Below are positions 20,555 through 30,599 of a stretch of DNA of 49,628 nt, piece after piece. Made by a program: the position numbers and the translations under genes. The DNA lies in sequence record NC_041874.1; one strand, given 5' to 3'. The notes beneath the pieces were generated by a model that did not search any database, was not told the origin of the DNA, and worked only from the letters and a program-made list of their open reading frames with translations. This stretch comes from Escherichia phage JMPW1. The stretch's first letter is position 1. The number at the start of each line of letters is the position of its first letter.

Positions 20555-23428
20555 ATGGTTGATAAGGTAGCAGGTCTGTCGCTTGACGTTGATGTGTCAA
20601 CAGTGCAGCGCGCCGTCAAGTCACTGAAAGAGTTTTCAAAGGCCAACGACCAGGCCGCTGATTCTATGGGTTCTTTAATCAATGAGTCAGAGGTTGCAAA
20701 ACAGAAGGCCAAAGAACACGCTGAACAACTAAGGCGCCAGAGAAAAGAGTATGAGGCCGTGGAGAAGGCAATCGATCCTACAGTATCAAAAATGGAAAGG
20801 TTGAAGATTGCATCTCAGCAGCTTGATAAACTCTGGCAGCAGGGAGTCGTTCCAGATGAGACGTTTTTCCGTTTGGGTGAAATGCTGGATCTGCAAAACG
20901 CAAAACTTGCTCGCAGCCGGGCTATGCTTACGGAAGAAGGTCAGGCGGCATTGCAGGAAGCGAAAGCAAAAGAGCAGGCGGCAGCACGAAGCAAGGCGTT
21001 CATGGATGCCCTGAATGGTCAAGTTAACGCGATCGGCAAGACTCATGCTGAATTGATGGAACTGAAAGCGGCTGAGCTTGGTTTATCGAAAGAAGCAGCA
21101 CCACTAATCGCAAAACTTAAAGATCAAGGCCGAGCTATGAATGCAGCAGGTATTAGCGCCGGGGAATACAGGCAAGCAATGCGAATGCTTCCTGCACAGA
21201 TTACCGACGTCGTTACATCTCTTGCGTCCGGCATGCCAGTTTGGATGGTTGCCATCCAGCAAGGCGGTCAAATCAAGGACTCGTTCGGCGGGATTGGTAA
21301 TACGTTTAAAGTGTTGCTGAGTTATATTAATCCAGTCACAGCAGGTATTGGCGTTCTTGTTGGTTCGTTAGGTCTTCTGGCGAAAGCTGGTTATGACTCT
21401 TACAAGTCAATAACTGATATTCAGAATGCGCTTATTGAGACTGGCGGTTATGCAGGTGTTACGGCTGAAGATCTTGATTCAGTGTCTAAAAAGATCGCGC
21501 AGACAAGTAACTCAACCATTGGGAGTATTCGCGAGATTGTAACGGAGTTGGCAAGTTCTGGTAAGTACACCCGCGAGCAGATCCAGAACATCACTAAGGC
21601 TACCGCAGAGTGGTCAGCGTCAACAGGAAAATCAGCAAGTCAAATTATTTCTGAGTTCGACAAAATCGCAAGCGATCCGGTAAAAGGTCTGAAGAAGTTA
21701 AATGAGCAATATAATTTCCTTGAAAAAGGGCAGCTTACCTATATCGATACATTAAGCCGGACGAAAGGAGAAACTGAGGCAGTATCTGAAGCAACGAAAT
21801 TATTCGCCGACGTAATGGAAAAGCGAATGAAGTCAATAGCGGATAATGCTACCCCTCTGGAAAAAATGTGGAACGATATTAAACAATGGGCTTCGGACGC
21901 GTGGGGATGGGTGGGTGATCATACACTTGGGGCGCTAAACCTGATTATTGATGTGGTTCAGGGTACAGTGATTCAGGTAAAAATGATTCTTGCGAAAGGT
22001 GACGAATACATCTCAAACTTTATTGCCTCTGCGATTAAGGCTACACAGTCTCTTCCTGGTATGAGTGATTTCGGCGCTGATGTACTGAAGGAGCAGGAGA
22101 ATATTGTAAAAAGTTCTCGCGACAACTACGATCAGTTATCTTCAGAGCTTGACGCTATTAACGCTCGTGTAGAAAAAGGAGAGATGGGATACATTGAAGC
22201 AATGAGGCAGCGTCGCACTCTTGAAAAGCAGTACAGCGAGGAAACTAAGGAGGCAATAAGGAAAGAAGCAGAAGAGATCGAGAAGCGAAACCGAGAACGA
22301 AATAAGCAGTCGAAAATTGTACGCTCACCGACAGAGCAATTCGACAAGGAGTTAATTTCACTCAAGGCTCAACTTAAGGTATTGCAGGAGCACAAGGAGA
22401 TCGGGCAAAAACTTTCCGCACAGAGAAAGGCGTTGTTTACAACTGAGGCTACGATCGCTGTTCTTCGCGAAGCCAGCTCTAAGCGTCAGTTGTCTGCGGA
22501 AGAAAAAGCGTTGCTGGCAAGTCAGGAGAGAGTTATTGAGCTTGCAAAACAGAAGGCCGAGATTGGCGATCAGATTGTTAAGCAACAACAGTTGAATGAT
22601 CTTACCGATAAATCTCTGAAGTTTGTCAATGAGATGACGGCGGCGACAGAACAGCTTAACGCGTCACGCGGTCTTAGCACGCGCGAAATGGAACGACAAG
22701 CGGAACTGGCTAAAATAACCACTGATTACATCAACTCTGGAGGTAGTGAGGGAGACGAAAAACTCCAGAACATGATTAAGGCGCAAAATGATTACTACGC
22801 TGCGGAAGATGCCAAGCGTGCTGACTGGTTAGCTGGTGCTGAAAGTGCTTTTGCTGATTACGGTGATGCAGCAATGGATATGTACGGCAATGTTAACGAT
22901 ATCGCGTCAAGTGCACTTAACGGAATGTCAGATATGATGGTTCAATTTCTGACCACAGGAAAAGCGAACTTTGAGGACTTTGCGAAAAATATCATCGGCA
23001 TGATTATAAAGATGATTGCTCAGATGGTAATCTTCAATACGATCTCAGGCATGATGGGCGGTAAGACGTGGAGCTTTGCTGGAGGGGCGTCGTCTGGTGC
23101 TTCTGCGGCATCACAGGCAACCCCTACACCTGCCGCTTCTGTTTTTAGATCTGCATCATCCGGCGGGGCCGCTGTATCACTTGCTGCCGCAGCGGGTAGC
23201 GTGGCAACCTCTGGATTCAACGCATCAAACTCGGCGCCAAAGGCGATAAACCATTCAGGAGGTGGAACGGTAGTTGATGTTAGTGGAATGGAGGTGAGAG
23301 TTGACAACGGCTCAGATCCGAGGGGGATTTCTCAGGGTGTAGAAATGATGTTCAAAAAGATGATTCGCGAGTCTTGTTCGCAGGGCGGCGAGGTTTATAA
23401 TTACATTCAGGAAAAAACAGGAGGCTAA
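20555..23428 (+). CDS. tape measure protein
   Basis: About 957 aa, coiled-coil rich, hydrophobic Gly/Ala segments; AGGGGG SD before ATG 20555. The 20525 start in the ORF track lies in a terminator. Confidence 0.9.
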   Translation: MVDKVAGLSLDVDVSTVQRAVKSLKEFSKANDQAADSMGSLINESEVAKQKAKEHAEQLRRQRKEYEAVEKAIDPTVSKMERLKIASQQLDKLWQQGVVPDETFFRLGEMLDLQNAKLARSRAMLTEEGQAALQEAKAKEQAAARSKAFMDALNGQVNAIGKTHAELMELKAAELGLSKEAAPLIAKLKDQGRAMNAAGISAGEYRQAMRMLPAQITDVVTSLASGMPVWMVAIQQGGQIKDSFGGIGNTFKVLLSYINPVTAGIGVLVGSLGLLAKAGYDSYKSITDIQNALIETGGYAGVTAEDLDSVSKKIAQTSNSTIGSIREIVTELASSGKYTREQIQNITKATAEWSASTGKSASQIISEFDKIASDPVKGLKKLNEQYNFLEKGQLTYIDTLSRTKGETEAVSEATKLFADVMEKRMKSIADNATPLEKMWNDIKQWASDAWGWVGDHTLGALNLIIDVVQGTVIQVKMILAKGDEYISNFIASAIKATQSLPGMSDFGADVLKEQENIVKSSRDNYDQLSSELDAINARVEKGEMGYIEAMRQRRTLEKQYSEETKEAIRKEAEEIEKRNRERNKQSKIVRSPTEQFDKELISLKAQLKVLQEHKEIGQKLSAQRKALFTTEATIAVLREASSKRQLSAEEKALLASQERVIELAKQKAEIGDQIVKQQQLNDLTDKSLKFVNEMTAATEQLNASRGLSTREMERQAELAKITTDYINSGGSEGDEKLQNMIKAQNDYYAAEDAKRADWLAGAESAFADYGDAAMDMYGNVNDIASSALNGMSDMMVQFLTTGKANFEDFAKNIIGMIIKMIAQMVIFNTISGMMGGKTWSFAGGASSGASAASQATPTPAASVFRSASSGGAAVSLAAAAGSVATSGFNASNSAPKAINHSGGGTVVDVSGMEVRVDNGSDPRGISQGVEMMFKKMIRESCSQGGEVYNYIQEKTGG

Positions 23429-23430
23429 TA

Positions 23431-23784
23431 ATGGCTGCACTTGACACTTTCGGTTGGTGTACGCAGGTTCAAGGGGGCGGCGGCTCCCTTACCACTACCA
23501 ATAACGACCGCTCCATCCAGTTTGGTAACGGCTACATGCAGCTTGCATCGTCTGGATTTAACACCACTCGACGCGAGTATTCAGTCGTCTATGCCGGGGA
23601 AGATTTCATGGCTGTTTACGACTTCTGCAACTCTCACCGCATAAAGCCGTTCGCATGGACGCCGCCGGACGGGAAGATCGGAATATGGGTTGTAAAGCCT
23701 AACAGCTTGGGAGCTAAGCCAGTATCACGCGACGTGATGGAAATTAACGTAACGTTTATGGAGCAGTTTACATCTATGGAATAG
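23431..23784 (+). CDS. minor tail protein (lambda gpM-like)
   Basis: 117 aa directly after tape measure; order M-L-K-I-J. Confidence 0.8.
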   Translation: MAALDTFGWCTQVQGGGGSLTTTNNDRSIQFGNGYMQLASSGFNTTRREYSVVYAGEDFMAVYDFCNSHRIKPFAWTPPDGKIGIWVVKPNSLGAKPVSRDVMEINVTFMEQFTSME

Positions 23785-23873
23785 CACCTCATGACAAAAG
23801 CCCGCCTTGCGCGGGTGGCGCTCAGGTTTACAGATTTCACGGAGAGAATATCCAGTACACTCCAGAAGAAATA

Positions 23874-24479
23874 ATGCAGGCCCAGCAAACCGGAACACTA
23901 CCGCCGAAAGAAATTACATTCCGTGGTGAGCAATACGGAGCGCGCCCGTTCGGTATATCCGGGATCTCGTTTGATAGTTCCGGCAAGGCAACAAAACCAC
24001 AATTAACAGTGGCAAATATTGATAGCAGAGTGTCGGCAATGATTCGCGCATATAACGGATTGATGCAGGCGAAGGTGACAATCTGGATCACTCAAAAGGA
24101 CTTAATTCAACCTGACGGCTCAATCGCTGATGGAGCTTACCGTAAACTGGTATACTATATCGAACGCCCGAGCTATGTCGATAAGAGTGTTGCGTGGTTC
24201 GATCTCACATCACCGTATGATATGGATGGCATCATGATCCCATCTCGACTCACACAAAGCGTATGCTATTGGGCGCAGCGTGGATGGTATAAAACCGGGA
24301 AGGGCTGCGGATATAACGGGCAAAACGGTTACTTTGATAAAGACAATAACCCGGTAGATGATCCTTCACTGGACTTTTGCCCAGGAACGGTAACGGCCTG
24401 CCGCCTGCGATTCGGCGCAAACAATGAATTGGATTTTGGCGGTTGCGCTGTCGCTTCACTACAGAGGAAAAATCAATGA
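23874..24479 (+). CDS. minor tail protein (lambda gpL-like); N-terminus may be incomplete
   Basis: ITFRGEQYGARPFGISGISFDSSGKATKPQLTVANI aligns with lambda L VTWQGRQYQPYPIQGSGFELNGKGTSTRPTLTVSNL (from memory). Cys-rich C-terminus. Confidence 0.8.
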   Translation: MQAQQTGTLPPKEITFRGEQYGARPFGISGISFDSSGKATKPQLTVANIDSRVSAMIRAYNGLMQAKVTIWITQKDLIQPDGSIADGAYRKLVYYIERPSYVDKSVAWFDLTSPYDMDGIMIPSRLTQSVCYWAQRGWYKTGKGCGYNGQNGYFDKDNNPVDDPSLDFCPGTVTACRLRFGANNELDFGGCAVASLQRKNQ

Positions 24480-25210
24480 TTAGTGCAAAAATTAAACTTG
24501 AAATTATGACTCACGCTCAAGAAGAATACCCACGCGAATGCTGCGGGGTAGTCACCCAAAAGGGCCGATTGCAAAAATACCATCGCGTTGATAATGTACA
24601 TCGCGATCCTGAGAATCACTTCATGATGGACGCAGTGCAATACGCATGTATTGAGGACGACGCAGACTCAACCACGATCGCAATTGTCCACAGCCACACC
24701 GGTGACGGAGCTACAACTCTTCCCAGCGCTCACGATACGTGCATGTGTAATGAGATGGAAGTGACCTGGATTATTGTTAGCGTGCCGGAAGGAGATATGC
24801 GCTTTGTGAAGCCTGAGAAATTGCCCCTGATTGGTCGCCCGTGGTCGTTAGGCTCCTTTGATTGTTACGGCCTTGTGATGGCGTGGCATAAAGAGCATGG
24901 CGTAGAGTTGCGCGATCGCCGATTGAATTTTGAATGGTGGAAGCCTGAGCACGGACTTAATCTCTATCAGGATTATTACAAGCAAGATGGATTCGTAGAG
25001 ATTCCAGATCAGAATAACCCGTCATTCGGTGATATGGTAATCATGCAGATAGGGCAAAACGTTCCGGTATGGAACCATGCAGGGATTTACCTGGGAGATA
25101 ATCAGATCTTGCATCATGCCTTCGGCAAGCTATCTCGTCGTGATATTTATTCCGGATGGTATCAGGATCACACTGTTTTAATTGTTCGCCATAAGGATCT
25201 CAAATTATGA
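24476..25210 (+). CDS. tail assembly protein (lambda gpK-like; JAB/MPN + NlpC/P60)
   Basis: ATGA overlap with L; EYPRECCG and HSH..D JAB motifs; C-terminal NlpC/P60-like DCYGLV...H. Confidence 0.85.
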   Translation: MISAKIKLEIMTHAQEEYPRECCGVVTQKGRLQKYHRVDNVHRDPENHFMMDAVQYACIEDDADSTTIAIVHSHTGDGATTLPSAHDTCMCNEMEVTWIIVSVPEGDMRFVKPEKLPLIGRPWSLGSFDCYGLVMAWHKEHGVELRDRRLNFEWWKPEHGLNLYQDYYKQDGFVEIPDQNNPSFGDMVIMQIGQNVPVWNHAGIYLGDNQILHHAFGKLSRRDIYSGWYQDHTVLIVRHKDLKL

Positions 25211-25806
25211 ATGATGTAAAAGTAATCAAATTATCAGGTTCACTTGGAAGGCGCTTTGGCGTCTTTCACCGATTTGCTGTTGACTCTTACCCGGAAGCTA
25301 TCCGGGCGCTATCTAGTCAGGTAGACGGATTTAAAGAATACATGCAAAGTGAGGTAGGTTCGCGTAGCAAGTTTGCAATATTTGTGGACGGCGTTAACGT
25401 AGGCCACCATGAAGAGGAGAAATTCAAGTGCGCAAAAGAGATAAGAATTGTGCCGATCCCAACTGGTTCTAAGTCCGGCGGTCTATTCCAGGTGGTATTG
25501 GGAGCGGCAATAATGGTTGCGGCATTCTATACTGGAGGCGCATCTCTGGCGTTAATGGGTACAATGTCCTCATCACTGTTTATGATGGGCGGCGCTATGG
25601 TGTTGGGTGGAGTGATGCAGATGATTTCACCGCAGCCGGGAGGCGCAAACTTTGAAGTTCAATCAAGCAAGAATAAACCTTCTTACGCGTTCGGCGGTGC
25701 TGTCAATACGACGGCGGCTGGATACCCTCTCCCGGTCCCGTATGGATATCGCGCCGGAGGTGGCGCAACTTTCTCAGCAGGTTCTTATGCCGAGGATATG
25801 AGTTAA
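25207..25806 (+). CDS. tail assembly protein (lambda gpI-like)
   Basis: ATGA overlap with K; Gly/Ala-rich hydrophobic middle segment; position. Confidence 0.8.
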   Translation: MNDVKVIKLSGSLGRRFGVFHRFAVDSYPEAIRALSSQVDGFKEYMQSEVGSRSKFAIFVDGVNVGHHEEEKFKCAKEIRIVPIPTGSKSGGLFQVVLGAAIMVAAFYTGGASLALMGTMSSSLFMMGGAMVLGGVMQMISPQPGGANFEVQSSKNKPSYAFGGAVNTTAAGYPLPVPYGYRAGGGATFSAGSYAEDMS

Positions 25807-25810
25807 AATT

Positions 25811-25836
25811 AACCCGCCTTGCGCGGGTTTTTTTTC
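25811..25836 (+). terminator. intrinsic terminator after gpI-like gene
   Basis: ACCCGC cttgc GCGGGT then TTTTTTTT; its 16-mer CCCGCCTTGCGCGGGT recurs at 23801-23816. Confidence 0.75.
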
Positions 25837-25883
25837 GCCTGTATAATGAGTCCACCGATAAATAGCACAAAAAGGTAAACATC

Positions 25884-28800
25884 ATGATTCAAAAAGTGAT
25901 AAGTGGATCTAAAGGCGGCTCGCCTAAGCCTCATAATCCAGTTGAGATGGAAGACAATCTAATCTCAATCAACAAAATCAAGATCCTGTTAGCTGTATCT
26001 GATGGTGAAATTGACGAAACATTCAGCCTGAAGCAGTTGATGTTTAACTCAGTCCCGGTGCAAAACGAGGATGGATCGTTCAACTTCGAAGGGGTAAAGG
26101 CTGAGTTCAGGCCGGGAACTCAGACGCAGGAATACATCAAGGGCATGGAGGATAGTTCCAGCGAGGTAACTGTAAATCGTGAGGTTACTACCGATAACCC
26201 ATACACGATCTCAGTGACCAATAAAACACTATCGGCAATACGCATCAAAATGTTCATGCCTCGCGGTGTACGAATTGAAAGTAACGGTGATAAAAATGGC
26301 GTAAGAGTTGAGTATGAGGTGCAACAAGCTGTTGATGGCGGTTCGTTTGAGACTGTTCTTACTGACGTAATTGAAGGCAAAACAATGTCAGGTTACGACA
26401 GAAGTCGACGTGTAAACCTGCCTAGCTTTAACAACCAGGTAATATTCAGAGTTGTTCGAAAGACTCCAGACTCTAACGACTCTAACGTTGTTGATGCGAT
26501 CCAGGTAAAGAGCTATGCCGAGGTGATTGATGCCAAATTCCGTTACCCTCTGACAGGTCTTCTTTTCGTCGAGTTCGACTCGAAGATGTTCCCAAACCAG
26601 TTACCTACGATCTCAATTCGTAAGCGCTGGAAGATTGTAAACGTTCCATCAAACTACGATCCGGAATCACGAACCTACAACGGCAATTGGGATGGGACTT
26701 TCAAGAAGGCGTGGACTAACAACCCGGCATGGGTTCTATACGATCTGATGATTAATCAGCGCTACGGTCTGGATCAGAAGGAGCTTGGAATCTCCGTCGA
26801 TAAATGGGCGCTCTACGAGGCCGCGCAATATTGCGATCAGATGGTTCCTGATGGGAAGGGCGGGACGGAGCCTAGATACCTTTGCGACGTGATAATTCAG
26901 TCACAGACTGATGCGTACAAGGTGATTCGAGATATTTGCTCAATATTCCGTGGCATGAGCTTCTGGAATGGTGAAAGCATCTCGGTAATCATCGACAGAC
27001 CGCGTGAGCCTGCGTACATCTTCACTAACGACAACGTTGTTAATGGTGACTTCTCCTATACGTTCGCAAGCGAAAAGAGTATGTACACGACGTGTAACGT
27101 GATGTTTGACGATGAACAAAACATGTATCAACAGGACGTTGAGCCAGTATTCGATCGCGAGGCGACTCTGCGGTTCGGTAATAACGTAACCAGCATTACA
27201 GCGATAGGTTGCACGCGTCGAAGCGAGGCTAACCGACGAGGGCGATGGATTCTGAAGACCAACCTTCGCAGCACTACGGTAAACTTCGCGACCGGACTGG
27301 AAGGGATGATCCCGACAATCGGAGATGTTGTGGCAATAGCTGATAACTTCTGGTCAAGTAACTTGACGATGAACCTATCAGGGCGCTTGCTCGAAGTGTC
27401 TGGAAGTCAGATTTTCTTGCCGTTCCGTGTGGATGCACGCGCGGGTGACTTTATTATCGTAAATAAGCCAGATGGCAAGCCCGTGAAGCGCACAATCTCA
27501 AGCGTTAGTGCGGATGGCAAGACTATAGAGATTAACATCGGCTTTGGCTTTCCTGTAAAGCCTAACACGGTATTCGCTATCGACAGAACCGACATTGCGT
27601 TACAGCAGTACGTCGTGACAAAAATCGATAAGGGCGATGATGACGAGGAATTTACCTACAAAATCACGGCGGTGGAGTACGATCCTAACAAGTACGATGA
27701 GATTGATTACGGAGTTAACATCGACGACAGGCCGACGAGCATCGTTGAACCAGATCAGATCCCTAGACCGGAAAACGTGCAAGTGTCCTCAGAGTCGAGA
27801 ATCGTCCAGGGGATGAGCGTAGAAACGATGATTGTTAGCTGGGATAAAGTGCCGTACGCAGTTTTCTATGACGTACAGTGGAGAAAGGATAACGGCAACT
27901 GGCAAAACGTTCCGCAGACAGCAAACAAAGAGGTTTATGTTGAAGGGATTTACGCTGGCAACTATCAGGTTCGCGTTCGCTCCGTAGCTGGTTCCGGTAC
28001 GACTTCAGGATGGTCAAATGTCGTAGCTGCGACGCTGACGGGCAAACAAGGTGAGCCGGGTGGACCGATTAACCTTACAGCTACGGATGATGTTGTTTTT
28101 GGTATCCGTACAAAATGGGGGTTCTCTGATGGTTCTGGAGATACGGCCTATACAGAGTTGCAACAGTCACCAGATGGAACAGTGGATAACGCAAGTTTGC
28201 TTTCTTTGATTCCGTACCCGCAGCATGAGTATTATCACTCACCGATGCCTGGAGGGAATATTGTTTGGTATCGTGTAAGGACGGTTGATAGGATCGGTAA
28301 CGTGTCTCAGTGGACTGATTTTGTCAGAGGTATGGCATCAACAAACGTTGACGATATCATTGGGGAGATTTCTGTCGATATCGAAAACTCGCCGGGTTAC
28401 GAGTGGCTTGTTGATAACGCAACCGACAACGCGGCGCAGAACGCAGCTAACGCAGAGGCAGCAATAGAAAACGCGCTCGCCAATGACAAAGACGCGATCT
28501 ACATGAAGAAGGAGAACGGAAAACGAAAAGCTGAGTACACGAAATCACTGAAACTTATTGCTGATGAGACGCAGGCGCGAGTGACGGCGATCGAGCAATT
28601 GAAGGCAAGTTTTGGCGATCAGATTAGCGCTAGCAACAGCGAATTGCGTGAAGTTATCGCAACTGAGACTGGAGCGCTATCGCGTGAAATTGACCAACTC
28701 AGGGCAGAGATTGGTGATGATATCCAGGCAAGTTTGACCGATATCAGAGAGGCTATAGCAAACGAGACTGAGGCGAGAACGCAAGCTGACTTGTCGTTAA

Positions 28801-29303
28801 GCGCGAGGCTTGGGAATAATGAGGCAGCACTTTCTCAAAAACTTGATTCGTGGAGCAATGCAGATTCGACTGGTGCAATGTACGGCGTCAAGCTCGGTCT
28901 GAAGTATAACGGCCAAGAATACAGTGCAGGCATGGCTATGTCTCTGATTGGTTCCGGAGCTGCGGTTAAGGCGCAGATTTTGTTTGAGGCATCACGATTT
29001 GCCATCATGAATGGAATGAATGGTCAGACTCAGTACCCATTCGTTGTTGAGAATGGCCAGGTTATTTTAAGTAGCGCGATTATCAAGAACGGATTCATCA
29101 CTAACGCAATGATTGGAAACTTCATCCAGTCGAATAACTATGTATTTAACCAGTCCGGATGGAGGCTTGACAAGGGTGGAACATTCGAAAACTACGGAAG
29201 TGACGGTGAGGGTGCAATGAAGCAAACTAATACCACAATATCTGTTAGGGATGCGAGTGGTCGCCTGAGGGTTCAGATTGGCAGGTTGACTGGTTCATGG
29301 TAA
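25884..29303 (+). CDS. host-specificity / tail tip protein (lambda gpJ-like)
   Basis: 1139 aa; WTNNPAWVLYDL block typical of J; FN3-like domain (VSWDKVPYAVFYDVQWRKDNGNWQ); C-terminal coiled coil. Confidence 0.9.
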   Translation: MIQKVISGSKGGSPKPHNPVEMEDNLISINKIKILLAVSDGEIDETFSLKQLMFNSVPVQNEDGSFNFEGVKAEFRPGTQTQEYIKGMEDSSSEVTVNREVTTDNPYTISVTNKTLSAIRIKMFMPRGVRIESNGDKNGVRVEYEVQQAVDGGSFETVLTDVIEGKTMSGYDRSRRVNLPSFNNQVIFRVVRKTPDSNDSNVVDAIQVKSYAEVIDAKFRYPLTGLLFVEFDSKMFPNQLPTISIRKRWKIVNVPSNYDPESRTYNGNWDGTFKKAWTNNPAWVLYDLMINQRYGLDQKELGISVDKWALYEAAQYCDQMVPDGKGGTEPRYLCDVIIQSQTDAYKVIRDICSIFRGMSFWNGESISVIIDRPREPAYIFTNDNVVNGDFSYTFASEKSMYTTCNVMFDDEQNMYQQDVEPVFDREATLRFGNNVTSITAIGCTRRSEANRRGRWILKTNLRSTTVNFATGLEGMIPTIGDVVAIADNFWSSNLTMNLSGRLLEVSGSQIFLPFRVDARAGDFIIVNKPDGKPVKRTISSVSADGKTIEINIGFGFPVKPNTVFAIDRTDIALQQYVVTKIDKGDDDEEFTYKITAVEYDPNKYDEIDYGVNIDDRPTSIVEPDQIPRPENVQVSSESRIVQGMSVETMIVSWDKVPYAVFYDVQWRKDNGNWQNVPQTANKEVYVEGIYAGNYQVRVRSVAGSGTTSGWSNVVAATLTGKQGEPGGPINLTATDDVVFGIRTKWGFSDGSGDTAYTELQQSPDGTVDNASLLSLIPYPQHEYYHSPMPGGNIVWYRVRTVDRIGNVSQWTDFVRGMASTNVDDIIGEISVDIENSPGYEWLVDNATDNAAQNAANAEAAIENALANDKDAIYMKKENGKRKAEYTKSLKLIADETQARVTAIEQLKASFGDQISASNSELREVIATETGALSREIDQLRAEIGDDIQASLTDIREAIANETEARTQADLSLSARLGNNEAALSQKLDSWSNADSTGAMYGVKLGLKYNGQEYSAGMAMSLIGSGAAVKAQILFEASRFAIMNGMNGQTQYPFVVENGQVILSSAIIKNGFITNAMIGNFIQSNNYVFNQSGWRLDKGGTFENYGSDGEGAMKQTNTTISVRDASGRLRVQIGRLTGSW

Positions 29304-29310
29304 TATCAAG

Positions 29311-29336
29311 GGCATCGAGAGATGCCATTTTCTTTT
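29311..29336 (+). terminator. terminator-like hairpin after J, fused to SD
   Basis: GGCATC gaga GATGCC then ATTTTCTTTTGGAGG. Confidence 0.55.
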
Positions 29337-29348
29337 GGAGGATTTATT

Positions 29349-29654
29349 ATGGCGTACGGTATATCAACTTGGGACGCAAATGGCGTTTATAATAACTATG
29401 GAATTAAGCCTGTTACGGTTGTTGGTTGGAACTTTTTGTCAGCAGGACAGAATTCAGCATCGTTCAGCTATCAAGTTCCTCCTGGTATGCATGTGAACTA
29501 CGTTATAAGCCTTGACGATGGCGCCATTAGTGGGCCTGGCAGGAAAATTATTGCTAGCGGTAATACGATAACAGTAACGCCAACAAACTCACCTGGGCCA
29601 AACGTGTACCCATCATCAAACTGTTACTTAATAGCATATCTGGAGAATGATTAA
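29349..29654 (+). CDS. post-J tail-associated protein, YG-x3-WD-x-NG domain (101 aa)
   Basis: TTGGAGG SD fused to terminator; MAYGISTWDANGV is paralogous to repeats in the next gene. Confidence 0.5.
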   Translation: MAYGISTWDANGVYNNYGIKPVTVVGWNFLSAGQNSASFSYQVPPGMHVNYVISLDDGAISGPGRKIIASGNTITVTPTNSPGPNVYPSSNCYLIAYLEND

Positions 29655-30343
29655 TGTCATACGGTGCTTTTATAGATGTAAACGGAAACCCATTCATAAC
29701 CCCGTTATCCACGCCATTCGCCTTATATGAGAGAGGGGAAATTCAATCAGTAAATGTTAGTGGTTCACAGGTTGCGGAGAGATATGTTCGGATACCTACA
29801 GGTGTTCCGGTTATAGCTTTTTGCAAAACAACAAACACGCAGCAGGGGACCGCGCTTTCAGCCTTTACTTTCAGAAGCGGACCCAATGTTGGAACTGTTT
29901 ATATAAGGGGGACAAATCCAGCAAACCAATCATACACGCTAACATACTACATATTTGCCATATTTGAGCAGTCACTACCGAGCTGGGGTATGGCAATATG
30001 GGATTCGTCAGGAAAGCTAGTGCTGACAAATGAGACAAAAGTCCTTAGTGATTTGGTTACAATCGGCACTCCTGGATACGCTGGAGGTGGATTAAACATA
30101 GACACAACACTCAGCGGAAGCTACGCAGTTGTTCCAACTATACTTGGCAACTATCAAATTGTTATTGGCAGGCTGCCAACTGGGCAACCCATAATAGGAA
30201 ACTCAACAGCAGGCAGCTCATGCAGGTACAACGGGAGCGCAACTAGGATAAATGCAGCAGCAACCACAGCGGCAGGTCAGATAATGAACACCACGAATAA
30301 TGGAAATATCATAACAGCAATCAACACAGCAGCGTATGACTAA
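29654..30343 (+). CDS. post-J tail-associated protein with two copies of the same domain (229 aa)
   Basis: TAATG overlap; MSYGAFIDVNGNP and SWGMAIWDSSGKLVL repeats. Confidence 0.55.
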   Translation: MSYGAFIDVNGNPFITPLSTPFALYERGEIQSVNVSGSQVAERYVRIPTGVPVIAFCKTTNTQQGTALSAFTFRSGPNVGTVYIRGTNPANQSYTLTYYIFAIFEQSLPSWGMAIWDSSGKLVLTNETKVLSDLVTIGTPGYAGGGLNIDTTLSGSYAVVPTILGNYQIVIGRLPTGQPIIGNSTAGSSCRYNGSATRINAAATTAAGQIMNTTNNGNIITAINTAAYD

Positions 30344-30366
30344 GCCCCTTGCGGGGCTTTTCTTTT
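30343..30366 (+). terminator. intrinsic terminator (end of late operon)
   Basis: GCCCC ttgc GGGGC then TTTTCTTTT. Confidence 0.7.
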
Positions 30367-30592
30367 ATATCGAGCAATCGTGAGACTTGAAGTTTTTCTC
30401 TGATACGTAGTTGAATGAGAATGGGTATCCAGCACGCAATAGCATCTCCTCTCCGCGCATCTTAGATCCAAAAACGTAAACCGAGTACTCTGCGCCTCCT
30501 GATTCATAAATTGCCGTACAAGTGCGCTCAGGCATCGATGAGCAACCAGTCAGGATGAATGCCGCAGCGATAATGGTGATTAACTTTTTCAT
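30365..30592 (-). CDS. outer-membrane lipoprotein, Cor/Llp-type superinfection-exclusion candidate
   Basis: Signal peptide MKKLITIIAAAFILTG-C with lipobox LTGC; lone reverse gene after the tail genes, as for cor in T1/phi80-type phages. Confidence 0.6.
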   Translation of the reverse strand: MKKLITIIAAAFILTGCSSMPERTCTAIYESGGAEYSVYVFGSKMRGEEMLLRAGYPFSFNYVSEKNFKSHDCSI

Positions 30593-30599
30593 TTGTATG

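Noticed and set aside
20786-23307. Several 60-95-aa antisense or alternative-frame ORFs inside the tape measure gene (e.g. 20786-21046, 22132-22588, 23020-23307)
   Set aside because: These are shadow ORFs of a long, clearly coding gene. They have no SD sequences and low-complexity, biased composition. The same reasoning applies to shadow ORFs inside terL, portal, J, helicase, DUF3987 and the C5-MTase genes.
25863-25877. Possible additional palindrome copy upstream of J (TAGCAcaaaaAGGTA)
   Set aside because: The right half-site matches only 2-3 of 5 positions, and there is no -10 hexamer at the cassette distance. It is recorded only as a degenerate remnant.
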